From Ruditapes philippinarum (taxonomy: Eukaryota): a stretch of 64,000 bases of DNA. Positions 49,491 through 63,500 of this stretch are shown here, piece by piece. The notes under the pieces are model-generated. The model made no database searches and was not told where the DNA came from. It worked only from the letters and a program-made list of their open reading frames with translations. Both the position numbers and the translations under genes were made by a program. The stretch is from contig NW_026864756.1 in assembly GCF_026571515.1 (NCBI RefSeq), positions 1 through 64,000 of the forward strand. The letters run 5' to 3'. The first letter of the stretch is position 1; every line of letters begins with the position of its first letter.

Positions 49491-51005
49491 CAAGAACAAA
49501 CTTATATTCTAGATAGTCTTATATGCTAGTATATATTATATGCCCTTGTAAGTAAATAACATATTTTAGGTAACATATTATTGAGTCATAAAGTGCAAAA
49601 CTGCTGTTGGTCTTTTTTTAAGTACTTGTATTCGTGAATGTCATATTCACACCATATGGGAGGCTGAAGAACCTAGATGTTCTGGTCGATTGTTCAACAT
49701 TTTAGATCTATTTTGAAGTATACGTGACTATCAAATTAATACCATAGGAGAGGCTGAAGAAATTCTAGTTGTCTATTCCTAGAGGTTCTGATTGATTTTT
49801 CAATATGTAAGATATATTTTAAGGTTTTCGTAAATATCAAATGGACACTTTGGGAGAATTTCAGAAATTGTTCTATATTTGTTGACTCTTCGAAGTTTAA
49901 GCGATTTTTACCTACATGTTTTTTGTTGCTGTTGTTGTTCTTGTTGTTTTTGTTAAAGTTTAAGTGTACATCGTGTCAACACTATGAAATGTTACTGCTG
50001 GTTATGTGCTTCTAACCTTATATAAATGATAATGGGAAAATGTGCTTTAATAAAGAAACATATTTTTTCTTTTATTTTAACATACTACAAACAACACCTC
50101 AATATGCAACATTTTTATTTTCTTGAATTAAATCATAAGTGATTAATTTAATAGTTTTAAAAAAACAAATTCAATTTTTTTTCTCTATTTTAAGAACAAA
50201 CTTATATTCTAGATAGTCTTATATGCTAGTATATATTATATGCCCTTGTAAGTAAATAACATATTTTAGGTAACATATTATTGAGTCATAAAGTGCAAAA
50301 CTGCTGTTGGTCTTTTTTTAAGTACTTGTATTCGTGAATGTCATATTCACACCATATGGGAGGCTGAAGAACCTAGATGTTCTGGTCGATTGTTCAACAT
50401 TTTAGATCTATTTTGAAGTATACGTGACTATCAAATTAATACCATAGGAGAGGCTGAAGAAATTCTAGTTGTCTATTCCTAGAGGTTCTGATTGATTTTT
50501 CAATATGTAAGATATATTTTAAGGTTTTCGTAAATATCAAATGGACACTTTGGGAGAATTTCAGAAATTGTTCTATATTTGTTGACTCTTCGAAGTTTAA
50601 GCGATTTTTACCTACATGTTTTTTGTTGCTGTTGTTGTTCTTGTTGTTTTTGTTAAAGTTTAAGTGTACATCGTGTCAACACTATGAAATGTTAGTTTAT
50701 TGATTCCTATGAAAATCTGTGAAAATATATTAACAGATACACCATAAATAGAATTTATTTTCACGAAAAATGACCAATGCTGGTATTTGAAATACCACCA
50801 GGTCATCTAAATTACTGCTGGTTATGTGCTTCTAACCTTATATAAATGATAATGGGAAAATGTGCTTTAATAAAGAAACATATTTTTTCTTTTATTTTAA
50901 CATACTACAAACAACACCTCAATATGCAACATTTTTATTTTCTTGAATTAAATCATAAGTGATTAATTTAATAGTTTAAAAAAAACAAATTCAATTTTTT
51001 TCTCT
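49491..51005 (+). repeat. Near-identical tandem duplication (~700 bp + ~815 bp)
   Basis: 49491-50190 matches 50192-51005 apart from 120 bp (50695-50814) present only in copy 2; internal ~90-bp subrepeat GAGGCTGAAGAA. Confidence 0.95.
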
Positions 51006-52224
51006 TTATTTTACTTTAATTATTATTTTTTTTTTTGTAATGTCAAATTTGTTAGAATTCAGATATAAATTTATTATTAATATATGTTATTTTATAAACC
51101 TGTTTTTAGTGAGTGTTATTTTTTTTAAATCCATTAATTGAAGTGTTTCTTTAGTAATTTTTTATTATTATTTTATAAATGATGCAATTAATGTACATAC
51201 GCATCGTCTTTAATAAATTTTCATATGTTAAAACGCCGTAGGATTTTTCTTCTTTCAAATTATTACGATAAAACGTTTTAAAATAGTTTGAGAAATATGT
51301 AGATATAAATTTATCTGTTTATAGATTAAATTTTGCTTCAGGACAAAAAAGAAAAGACGAAAAATATGTTAACAAAATTCGAATACGTATTACTTTATGG
51401 TATTTGATCCTTCCCAGGCGGAACAGTGTAGATTTGCCCTTTAGCCCCACCATTAACATTATTTTCTGAAAAAGTCCATGAAATTAAAATAATCTTGACA
51501 AACATAATGCCGGAATATCTATTTGAAAGAATAGTGTTTGTAAGTGTCCGAAAACGCGGGTGGTGCATCACGTAACCCAAAAGAGCAGTTGATTATTATG
51601 TTAGGGAACATTTTTCTATGTTACCTAAATATAATTTATGTGTGCTAAATTCCAGTGCAAGTTCAAACTCTCAAAATATACCTGACAAATGCAAAAGCAA
51701 CGTAATTTACATTTTATTTTATCTTTGTGTTTATTGTTGTTATTTTGTGTGTTTGTATAAAATTTTAGTTACAGAATATTGATCTTTTGAACTTACCCAA
51801 ATTATGTAACAACCACATACGCAAATATATATGACTTTAGAAATATCTATATAGAGAGAAAACAATTCTAACACGTTGTTGGATGTACTTATTGACATGT
51901 TCACTATATTAAATACAAGAGTTGTAAGGTATAGTTTTTCGTTGCAAAAAATAAAAAGTAATGCATTTATATACCATGCACCTCTTATTTATTAATGACT
52001 TGTCGATCATTAGCAATTAAAGCACTGTGATTGTTGGTAAACATCTAAACTGTATGGGATGATTGTCCTATGTTAATTGTTTATAGGGTGAATCAATGGT
52101 TATGAAGTATTTTTATGAGTCTCTGTGAGTAAGTAAAGCGTTTATGGCTTCAATTGCAAACAGTAAATAACATTTGTTAAATGTTTAACAAACTTTTTCA
52201 TTACAACTTACAAATATATTAAGA

Positions 52225-52485
52225 TATTTGGAGAAATTGAGATCACTTCATCCTCACCCTCTACAGGTAAATGTAATAATAGAATTTAATTAAATTTTCA
52301 GGCTCCTGTTGATTGAGTCTGTCCTTGATTAAAAATGGAAAAGTGCAACATTATTTACGCCTTCATCAACAACTTAAACGGCACTTAATATGCTGGAATC
52401 AATGACCCCGAAGGACTAGAAAATATAACAACACTGAAGGAAAAAAAGGTAACTTTTTACAGCTGCTACACGGCACTAGAATCTA
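52225..52485 (-). repeat. Degenerate inverted copy of the 'CCGGTGCTAGGG' family
   Basis: TTGATTGAGTCTGT...AAGTGCAACAT...ATCAATGA.CCCGAAGG...AATATAACAACACTGAAG...GGTAACTTTTTAC.GCTGC.ACACGGCACT is the reverse complement of 37014-37270. Confidence 0.8.
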
Positions 52486-53040
52486 CTGTATGTTCGTATT
52501 CATTTATATATTCATACATTTTACCCATATTTCCGATAATTCTACTTCTTGTAAAAACAAACAATTTGTCATTCACAATTGTTTCTCTATCAGGAGGCCT
52601 TAATAATGCTATCAGGTATTCAACAAACCAGATGTTATGATCAGCCTTTGGCAGTCCGTACGGTAATATCATCATAAACTTGTCTTAATTTACATTGTAA
52701 CAACTCTTAAAATAATTACCTGTAACATCCCACTTTTAATGAAATCTGTCAGATTTATGTTCAATTTTATGTCAAAAATGTTAAAACGTAGTTTAAGGAG
52801 CAAAACGTGTAGACTGATTAAGAGTTAGTAACTTGACATTTTGTAGATCAATAAGCAAGATTTTTTCTTGTATTTTATCGTTACTTATCCGAGCATTATA
52901 CTGTTATTATGAATTCTTGTGTTATCTACTTAACTTATTCCCAGAAAAGAAATGCAATTATGTTACATTGCTATGTTAATGTATAATCCAAACAGATCAT
53001 ACAATACAAAAACGTTATGTACACAACTGTAATTATATTC

Positions 53041-53140
53041 AAATATTGCTATGGAATGTAGACAGCAGAGGTGAATTATTCATTACGAAAAATATTGCTA
53101 TGGAATGTAGACAGCAGAGGTGAATTAACCATTACGAAAA
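53041..53140 (+). repeat. 49-bp tandem duplication
   Basis: AAATATTGCTATGGAATGTAGACAGCAGAGGTGAATTA twice; single in the paralog near 61036. Confidence 0.9.
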
Positions 53141-53224
53141 GTCTCAATTAAATAGAACCTGCAATATTTTTCGCGTAGGTGTGACCCTCAGGGTTTTTCA
53201 ATTTTAATGTAATAATTTAAATAA

Positions 53225-53620
53225 AAGGTTACCTAGGAATGAACGTAGTTGTGTTTATTTTAACATGCATGATTTGGAAGACGAATATCATTTTATTATC
53301 AATTGTCCATGTTATGAAGCGCTTAAAACCTTATTACTACGTTAGACCTAGCGTTCATACGTTTTTAGATCTTTTAAATACAACAAACAAGTTGCTTTTG
53401 AAAAGTTAAGCTTTTGTATGTCAAACATGCATTATCCCTAGAACTACATTTACGCACAATTAATTGTAGTTCATCCTCATATGATAATTGATATAAAATA
53501 AAAATATGTTAATTCACTGTGACATTATGCATATTTGATATTGTAAATTGTATACATTTGTATATGTGCTGATAGGTTTATTGTACAAGTCATGAATAAA
53601 AGTGTTGTTATATTCTGTTT
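53225..53620 (+). mobile_element. 3' fragment of a LINE related to the 8.4-12.7 kb element
   Basis: Translates PRNERSCVYFNMHDLEDEYHFIINCPCY...YYVRPSV; ends AATAAAAGTGTTGTTATATTCTGTT; absent from the paralog at ~61145. Confidence 0.8.
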
Positions 53621-56609
53621 AAAATTTCTACACACATTACTTACGACACATTACGTAAAATATAGAATCTGAACGATAAACTGTACATCAGATTAAGAAC
53701 GCAGATAAAACAGAGTTTTCGTAAACAAATGTTTTTTAAAGGAATTAAAAACTTGTGAGTTGATAGTTACAATGTCATACGAAACAAGTTCTTAAATAAT
53801 AAGGATTTTAATCTTTAGAAATACATTTATAATTCAATAGTTTGTAAAAACAAAATTGTATAGATTGAAATAGTTGTTTTTACACTAGAACGTAAACAAT
53901 GTACCATTTAATTTTCGTAATGTAACATATGTAACGCTGGTAACATATGATTTTTTTTTCATTAATTAACCATACAAGAATAATATTCTCATTGAGGTTA
54001 TTGAAGTAAAGTATATGTACATCTTGTTTTAAAATAAGAAGCTATTGACATCGATTTGCTGAAATATTTTCAATATGTTCTGTTAATGATATATGACTTT
54101 TTATCGTTATCAATGATAAATTTCAATAAACAAACCATGCATTTTATCTATGCAATGCTTAAGCTTACTAACCTACAGCCGTGTATTGTCTAGAACAAAA
54201 AGAAATTCAGAAACTAGTATTTTGCTAACACAATTTCTAGTCTGGAATTACTTCTTCTGTTGTGCTTAGTGTATGTAACTGTCACATTTTCTTCTGCGTT
54301 GATTTTTTACAATTCTAGGAACAAGGACCTCGGAAACAACGCAAACGAATAATTGGAAGAAAGAAAATTGCAGGCGGTCTGATCAAATTTGATAATGACA
54401 TATAATAAAATGAGCAACTTTCGACACGGCCCATATCACTGACATATAAAAGCGGTCTTCAATGTTCATCATTAAACGCAATGGTATTACTAATCTGATA
54501 TGAAGTAAGTGGCAACTTTTAATATCTATCACAAATAACTTAACGGCTGCTTTTGTGAGTTTAAAAACTGGAAGCTAAAGGCGGAGATACCCCATAAATG
54601 CAAGTAAAAGATTAAAGACTCATCTCATTTGAAGACATAGCCTAAACAATAATTTAATATATTGATCTTATCAAGGCATTACCGAACTGCAAAAAAGCAT
54701 ACATTATTACAAAAGTACTCAAATTTATATTGAATAATTGAAATGCCTTTTCATTTTGGAACTGTCAATTCTTTAGGGTAAAATGTAAAAAAAAATAATA
54801 TCAAAATAAAATACAAAAGCAACCAAAAGTAAAGAGCCTAGTCAGATTGTAAAGGTGTACTTGTTCTCCTGGTTTAATGTTCGTATCTTATGCACTACTG
54901 TCCTTAAAATGTTTAATGAAATCTTTTTGAAGTTTTATATAAAGTGTAATCTGAAATCATGATCACTTTTCTTTGATTTTATTAACAGAAAAAATGTTTT
55001 TTTTATCGTAGCGTACGCATATTAACTATCATAATAATTTTTACTTTGAAGGTAAGCTAAGATTGGTTATCTTTTTATTAAATAAAATATTATTGAGTCA
55101 CGTGACAATAAGAGTAGCAGGAGTATTTTTTATAATGACACAGTTGAATGCACATGTGGTTAAATCACTTAATCATTCTAAGTCATATCCCTCCATTTGA
55201 TAACAAGTTATCTGTTTTGGAGAAGAATTATACATATTAAAGATTACAAATTAAATAGAAACAGTTTAGAGAAATATATACGTGCAGGCTGACGGACGAT
55301 GGTTTTGTGAATATTTATGAAATGAAAAGATGCAATCTTATCTTTTATCGATTTCCAGTTTTCCACACGCATTGAATTTACTGTCGATACGCGGTCAAGA
55401 AAAAACTTGTTGCAAAGATTTTTGTTTTCTTTATAGCTGAGCAAAATTTTTACATTCGGTATACATTTATTACATCTGATTACCATACCTAAATAGACCA
55501 TTTAAAATGCTTGTAACTGTTTATAAGCAAAAATATCCCATTAATCTAAGCATGTTTCTCTTATAAATATTTAGCGCAAACAAACCAAAGAATTATAAAT
55601 TCGGCAATTTTTGTTCTCTTGCAAAATATGTTAATACACTTACAGCAATAAAATGCTTTGCTTATTGAATTAACATTCACAACAGAATGCATTCGATATA
55701 AATAATTTATCTGATACCATCAACTTCCAGATGCTCGGATTAACTTCTATTTATTTCATGCTTTTCAGTGGATTACTGATTTATCTGTGAAAATTATATA
55801 TGATCATTTCACAGTGAAAATTATCAAAACATAATTTCACACTTTGAAATGACGAGACTACTTTTGAAAGATTTTCCCTATGTGGTACCTCAGTTTTATT
55901 TTTCCTGACATTTTTGACATTGTCAGGGCTGTTTAGAGAAAAGCAAAGCTGACATTGATATATAACTTAAATTTCAAAAGTAATAAAAAGAAGAAAACTT
56001 ACCTAAATTCATTTTAATTACCAACCACCAAATATGGTCCCTAAATTTTTTGTTTCATTTGTACGGTCTGAAAAAATGCAATTCCTTCCGCATACAAAAC
56101 TGCTCTTGATCACATCTGGGCATATTTAAGTATCCTACGAGCAATAACTGCCTAATGCAATATGAAAACTTGAAAAGCAATGACAGCCATCAGCCCGACG
56201 AATAATTAAACAACCCAGCGTTCGTATGGCAGCCTTTCATTAATTCCATGTTTTCCTATTTCCTAGCCGCTTTTTGAATGTTTACACATCTGTCAACACT
56301 TATTTTTGTCTGTAACAATCCTCAAATAAGTTTTATTTCTTATAAAAAGATGTATGACTAACAAATCCAAAATGACATGTAATTTTTGTTATCGAGTGAG
56401 AGCAAATAAAGTTATATGACAAAAACATTCAAACCAAAATTTAAATTTAGTCACTGAAAATGTCAGCATGTCATTTGTATCTCAACAAGGCAACATCTCT
56501 CCATTCTATATGATAATGTGGCCAATATATGGAAACATATCAGGAAATTGATGATTCAATATAGTCAAACATTTTATTATTTTCTTTAAACTTTTCGCTA
56601 TCACCTATA

Positions 56610-57217
56610 TCTTATTCTGTAAAGCCTCTAAGCCGCTTCCTATATTTACTTAATATGCATTAAAAGGACCGTATCAATTTTTACCATCAGCCTACCGAAT
56701 TTGTGAAATGGATTTCCCGAGCTTTAAATGTAAAACAGTACATTAAATGTTAAACAAATTTTAATATCAAAATACTTTACTTGAGCTACTAACAGTTTAG
56801 CGCCTGGTCAGATGGATTTGCAGGCTGATAACTTCAAGTTCGTACAGATTACGGGTTAAATACCTACAACCGTTACTCTTGATACAAACTATCTAACCAT
56901 ATGTCATTCTTCTTCTGTAAATGCCTCTAGGTCGCTTCAGACATTTAGTGAATATGCATTCCAAGAAATGTATCAGATCTAACCCTTAACCTGCCGAATG
57001 TGTGAAATGGATTTCCCATTTCAAACAGTACATTCAATGTTAAACATATTTCAATATCAAATTGCATAGGGCTACCACTTGAATTGGGCTACCAACAGTA
57101 TAGTGCCTGGTAAGTCTGCACGGATTTGCAGGCTGATCACTTCCAGTTCGTGCAGGTAAGGGGATAATTACCTACAACCGTTAGTCTTGATAAAAACTAT
57201 CTAACTAAATGTCATTC
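56610..57217 (+). repeat. ~300-bp tandem duplication, each unit containing a decayed piggyBac-type MITE
   Basis: Second unit reads TAACCCTTAACCTGC...GCAGGTAAGGGATAA; both units share CCGAAT.TGTGAAATGGATTTCCC and TACCTACAACCGTTA. Confidence 0.7.
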
Positions 57218-60200
57218 AAAATGTTCTTCCCGACTAAGAGGTTCATGGTGATATCATAATTTTGACTGGAATTGCGGATTTGTCGAATTCATGTCAAATA
57301 AAACCTGGATAAACACCAGAACGTCTAGATGTGTAGATCATGTAGATATAAACCGTTATGTTAATGAGTAAAATGACATTTGAAAAAAATAAATAGAATA
57401 CCAACGTAATCATTAATTATTCTAGCATTAACAATGATTATAAAATTGTACTTAATCGGCCTAAGCATAATTTTCAGTACAATAAGATTACCTTCTTGGC
57501 AATCTAGTCTGATGTAGGTACACATAATGGACAGAAATAAGGTTTTCCCTACATATTTCTTTTCATTAAAACATCTATTTATACAAAAATGTGGATAATG
57601 CTCTTCAAGGTGAAATGACTGGCTTGTGTATTTCTATTTATAGAAGCAAAATATGAGGGGATAGATCAACATTACAGCTCAGCCTACGACATTATTTTGT
57701 AGACACGCATAAAAAACAGCAAAGACAAGGAAATGGAGCACCCGACAGGGATTAAAATGGTACAAAATGATAATGAAACTTGCTTACTAAGTAAATCTTT
57801 AAATCAGAAACCATATAACTAAGTATTTTGTAACGTAACAATCTGGTTAAAAATTTTCGTTTTTATTTTACTTTTATTTATGTAAACTATTTTATTTATT
57901 TCTAGAAATACGTCGATGAGTGAAGACAGTAACTTGGCAGACGTAATAGTTTCTTAACATATGGGTAAAAATTAAACAATGGATCAAATATAGGAACATT
58001 GTCTCTAAAATGTTAAATTTTCTGAGTAGTCTTATACACATTTTACAAGTATAGTTTAGTAGAGGAAAAAGATAATTTAGTCATGATTCGCTGTTTGCAA
58101 AAGCATGGATATGAAACCCTTCGGGAATAGCTGATTTAAGTGAAACTTGAATATTATTCAGCGTTTTTCTCAAGTCGCCATGTTTGTATGCATCATTCAG
58201 TAATCATGATCAAAATTTCAGACGATTGTTTACATTGAGAGACGAGAAAAATGTGAAACAAGAATATAATTATAGAGGAAGCATCCGTTTTACGGCATCT
58301 GTAATTTCACAATTCATAACTCATACTAAAACATGAAGAATAAATTAGTAGGATATGTAAGGAACAACTTACAATACAAGAAAAGTTGCTTTAATTGGCT
58401 TGCGAAAATTGTTCTTATTATCTTCAAAGAAAAATTTGTCAGTCCAAAACAGGGTAAATAAATTTTATGTGTGGCGTTTGTAAGATTCAAAATTCTTAAA
58501 TAAAACATTTTGTATGATAATTAGCTGGTGTTTCTATGGGCGGAATGGGGAAGGGGGCTGTTGTATTTACTTTAATTTTGACGAAACAGTTATGAAAAAA
58601 GAAGTTAACAGGAAGTAAAAAGTATATACTTGCAATTACTGTAACTGTTTATCAATATAATCAGTTTACCATCTATTCAATTAATTGTTTTCTTCTAAGA
58701 TCGTTTCATTTAAAAGGTTATATCTCGCAACAATAACAAACTTTGATTACATGTTTGAAGTATACACGCAATCTGCTATAATTCTTTGAATAATTACATT
58801 TGTGGTTCCTCTTTGGCAATAACGTAAATACAAAAAAGGATTAAACAAAGATATCAGGAAGTCATTTGGAAATCCCTTTAATAAATAAATCCATTGCACG
58901 CAAAGTTAGCATTTCGTAATTAATATTTACTTCTATTCTTTAAACATACAAAACTCAAAACAACCAAATAAAGTTATTATTTCGAAATGAAGGTTACATA
59001 TTTTGCTCTTACAGATACGTTTTCAAGAATGTCTTTTTTTGAAAATATACAACGTATTTAAATGTTAGATGAATGTTCTATTAACCAGCCACTATGTTAA
59101 AAGCAATAAAAATCATCCCCTTTTTCCGTTTTGTATTGTTATTGTTTGTGTATTTTAACAAAGAATAAAGTTTACTTAAACATATAAAAGCACGTCTTCC
59201 GTATGAGTTCCTAATTATTTATCAAAACAACAGGAAACTTTCTTAGATGTTCCAATCAATATGGAGATGTATATGAGTAAACAATAACGTACTATTAACT
59301 GATTAATGTACTGATTGCCCGCTGTGAATCCTACATTCTAGCATTAATGGCAAATGATGAGTGATTATCAAACACTTGCTCTTTAAAAACAATGTCTGGT
59401 GATTGCAACCCACTTCTTAATGTTCAAAAAGGAAATATCACATGTGAAGAAGTTTACGCATTTATATTATTTCATGTCATAGTGCTAGTTAAAAGTATGA
59501 CTAGAAACTTTAAGAGCACATGTATAAAAACTGAAGATAAGAACTACTTTAGATATTGTATGCGTAGTTTTCTGTTATTTAATTTGCTAGTTATTGTTAA
59601 GCAAGTAAGCCGTCAATGAAATGTGTTGCATTGTCCGTATTGTGACATATTCAAAATAATATGGTAGCGAATGTTATTCTATTGATGCACACCACAAGAC
59701 AGTATGATAAAATGGTTTGTATTGATTTTGAAATTTTTCAATCTAACATTCCGGATTTAATCGTGACTTGTTAACAAGTAATCTGCAAAAAATGGTTTGT
59801 TCCTTGAGCTTACATCGGTACATAAAATGCCAAGACTGTTATCCGAAAAGTATTTTAATCAATGACCCTGCAGGACCTGAAAAATATAACAACACTGTCT
59901 CGCAGCACTTCAGTCTGCTGTCTTTTTTTCATTTTTATTTGTTTGGGTCGTCAGACCAAACAAACAATGGTAGCAAAATTTCAGGCCCTGATATGCTTAT
60001 TTGCAAAATCCGAAAGTAGTCTGAAATCCTCGAAGCGGTTACTTTCTTAATAAGTACACTAACGCCGAAAAATTAAGGGGAGATCACTGCGTAAAGATTG
60101 TCAAATGACAGGCGCGTTAATTTCAAAGCCTTCTCGGGAAGAAAAAATAGTTCCCGATTGGTCGAAGATTTCTAATATGGTGTAATTCTATACAGATATA

Positions 60201-60514
60201 CATGCTTATATTAAATCCCAGTTAATGCAACTTATGTTGTTGTTTTATTGTTTGTTTGTTTTTTGTTGTTTTTTTGTTGTTGTTTTTTTATTATTATTAT
60301 TTTAAATTGTTTAAGCTAAATAAACATTGAATTGAAGATCAGTCTGGCAATTAGCCTTATAGCCAATTTACTACAGTTATAACACTGGAACAGCATTGGT
60401 GGCACTAAACAAAACAAATTGGTTTATAATCTCACAACCTTCACCTTCCTGACATTCTGAGATCCAAAAAAAAATCAGCGCCTTCTGTGCTTTGATGTTA
60501 TATGCATAAGTTTA

Positions 60515-63500
60515 ATACCTATTCCTGATCTTTCTTCTTCTAATAAAAACAAATAATTCGTCTTTCACACTTGTTTCTCTATCAGGAGGCGTTAATTATG
60601 CTATCAAGTTTTCAACAAACCAGATGTTATGATCAGCCATTGGCAGTCTGTACGCTTATATCATTATAAACTTGTCTTAATTTACAATGTAACAATTCTT
60701 AACAGAATTACCTGTAGCATCCCCCTTTTAATGATATATATATATCAGATTTATGTCCAATTTTATGTCAAAAATTCAAAAAGGCTTTTTACGTAGTATA
60801 AAAAGCAAAATATGTAGATACCTGTATAAGACTGATTTAGAGTAAGTAAATTGACATTTTGTAGATAAATAAGCAGGATGTTTCATGTATTATACAGTTA
60901 TAATGAATTCTTGTGTTATCTGGGTAAGTATTTTCCAGGAAAGTAATGCAATTATGTTACATTGCTAATGTTAAAGTATATTCCAAAAAGATCATAAAAT
61001 ACAAAAAAGTTATTTACACAGCTGTTATTAAAATCCAATATTACTATGGAATGTAGACGGCAGAGACGTAATTATAATAAGGCTCAATTAAATAGAACCT
61101 GCAATAGTTTTCTTGTAGGTGTTACAATCAGGGTTTCCAATTTTACTATTTCTACACATATACCTTATGACACATCACGTAAAAACATAGAATATGAGCG
61201 TATACTGTAAATCAGATTAAGAACGCAGAGAAAACAGATTTTTTGCAATCAAATGTTGTTAAAGGGAAGGAAAAGTTGTAAGTTAATAGATACAATGTCA
61301 TACGGAACTAGTTCTTAAATAATAAGACTTTCAATCTGTAGCAATAGTTATACAATTCCATTTTAAATAAAATAACTTATGGTACAGTTTGGTATAATTG
61401 TTTAAAACTAAAACGTAAACACTGTATTATTAAATAATTGTAATATAAGATATGTTTCACCGATAACATATGAGTTTTTAATTATTTAATCATACAAGAA
61501 CAATATTGGCATTTACTGAAGTAAAGTATATGTACATAAATTTTGTTTTAAAATATTAAGTTGTTGATATCAGTTTGCTTAAAGCATTTACAAAATATTA
61601 TGTTAGTGATATATGAGTTTTATCGTTATCAATGAAATATTTCAATAAACAAATCATACATTTTATCTAGTATAATTGCTTTAGTTTACTATTCATTAAC
61701 TTATACCTAGAACAAAAGAAAATCCAGAAATTGGTATTTTGCAAACACAAGTTCTTATCTGGAATTACTTCTTCTGTTGTGATCATGGTATGTAACTGCC
61801 ACAGATTTATTACAATTCTAGGAACAATGACATTGAAACGAAAAATTGGAAGAAAGAAAATAACAGGCTCGTTCTGATCCAATCTGATGATGACATGTAA
61901 TAAAATATTGAAATATTTGACACAATCTATATCACTGTCTGAAGCAGTATTACTAATCTCAAAGGGCATAGGACCAGAAAAAACCAAAGTAATCACTCTG
62001 ATATGAAGTAAGAGACAACTTTTAATATATGTCGCACATCACTTTGTGACTGCTTTTGTGAGTTTAAAATCTGAAATGAGAAGATAGTTTGAGAAAGTAT
62101 GCAAAGTATATAGACCCTTTTAAAGACCCGGTCTGTTCGTATCAGATAGTGATAGTTGCAAAATCTCTGGTTCCTTCCAAAAATGAAATATAGTTATCTT
62201 ATCAAGGCATTAGTAAAATGCAAACAATCAAAAAAGTTACCCCATATTAAACTCATTTTCATTTTGGAACTGTCAATTGTTACGTGTTAAGCATTAAAAA
62301 TTAAAAACTTAATACCAAAAATCAAAACATTAGCATCCAAAAGTATAGTGACTGGTCGGATTGTAAGAGCGTACAGGTGCCTTATGGGTGGATGCTCCTG
62401 TTACATGCACTATTGTCTTGAAATGTTTAAATGCTAAATGAAAACTTTTTTTCTTTCAAGTTTTATTTAAAGAAGAATATATGGCAGTGTAATATGAAAT
62501 CACATTATTTCTTTGATTTTCTTAACGCATATTTCCTATCATAATAATCGTATTTTTTACTTTGAATCTAAGCTAACTTTGGTTATCTTATTATAACTTA
62601 ATTTGATAAAATAAAATGTATATCAGTAAAGTGACTTTAAGAGTGTCTCGGTCATTTTATAATGGTTGGTAATGATGGTTGAATATACATGTGGTTTAAA
62701 TGACTAAATAATTCCAAACCCCTCCGTCCATTTAATAACAAGTTATCTGTTTTGGAGATGAATTGTACATACAAATTACAACTTTTTAATAACAAAAAAA
62801 GAATTGTAGAGAAATATATACATGTATACAAACGGACGATGGTTTTGTGAATAGTCATGGAATAGTTCATCATATTTAAATTGCCATCGGTATTGACGTT
62901 ACTACCGAAAGGCAATTAAGAAAAAAATTGTTGGGATTTTTTTTTTCATAGCTGAGCAGACTTATTAAATTCGGCATACATTTATAACATCTGACCACCG
63001 TGACAAAAATAGACCATCTTAAATTCTTGTAACTGCAAAGCAAACATATCTCATAAGTTTAAGCATGTTTCTCCTATAAACATTTATTGCAAACACATCC
63101 AATAATTATAAATTCGGCATGTTTTGTTCTCAGGCAAAATATTAACGTTTATAAAATGCTATGCTTACCGAATCAATCTTCACAACAGAATGCATTCGAT
63201 ATAAATATCTTTTCTGATACCATCAACGCATTAACTTCTTAATGATCGGATTAACTTGTTTGTATTGTAGAATATAGAATAATAACAAAGTGATATACCC
63301 TGATTATCTGTTGTTAACCGAAGCTGAATCATAATCAGGTAATGTATAAACTTATTATTTGGTTTGGAAACACTACATATTCTACTCGGCGACTTTCCAG
63401 GTGAAAGAAAAAACCTCATGTGCCCATCTGTGCAATAATTCAGTCTGACTAGACCAACAGACCTTCCGTAAGTTTGTTACCCTCCACAGTCTTTAGTGCC

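Larger units (their letters stand above)
52520..56670 (+). repeat. Segmental duplication, copy A (copy B at 60515-64000)
   Basis: Collinear blocks, e.g. TTGTTTCTCTATCAGGAGGC, CAGATTAAGAACGCAGA, CTGGAATTACTTCTTCTGTTGTG, CACAACAGAATGCATTCGATATAAATA, GCAACATCTC.CCATTCTATAT. Confidence 0.92.

Noticed and set aside
52466-52675. 69-aa ORF in the duplicated segment
   Set aside because: The paralogous copy at ~60560-60670 has in-frame stops; no recognisable domain.
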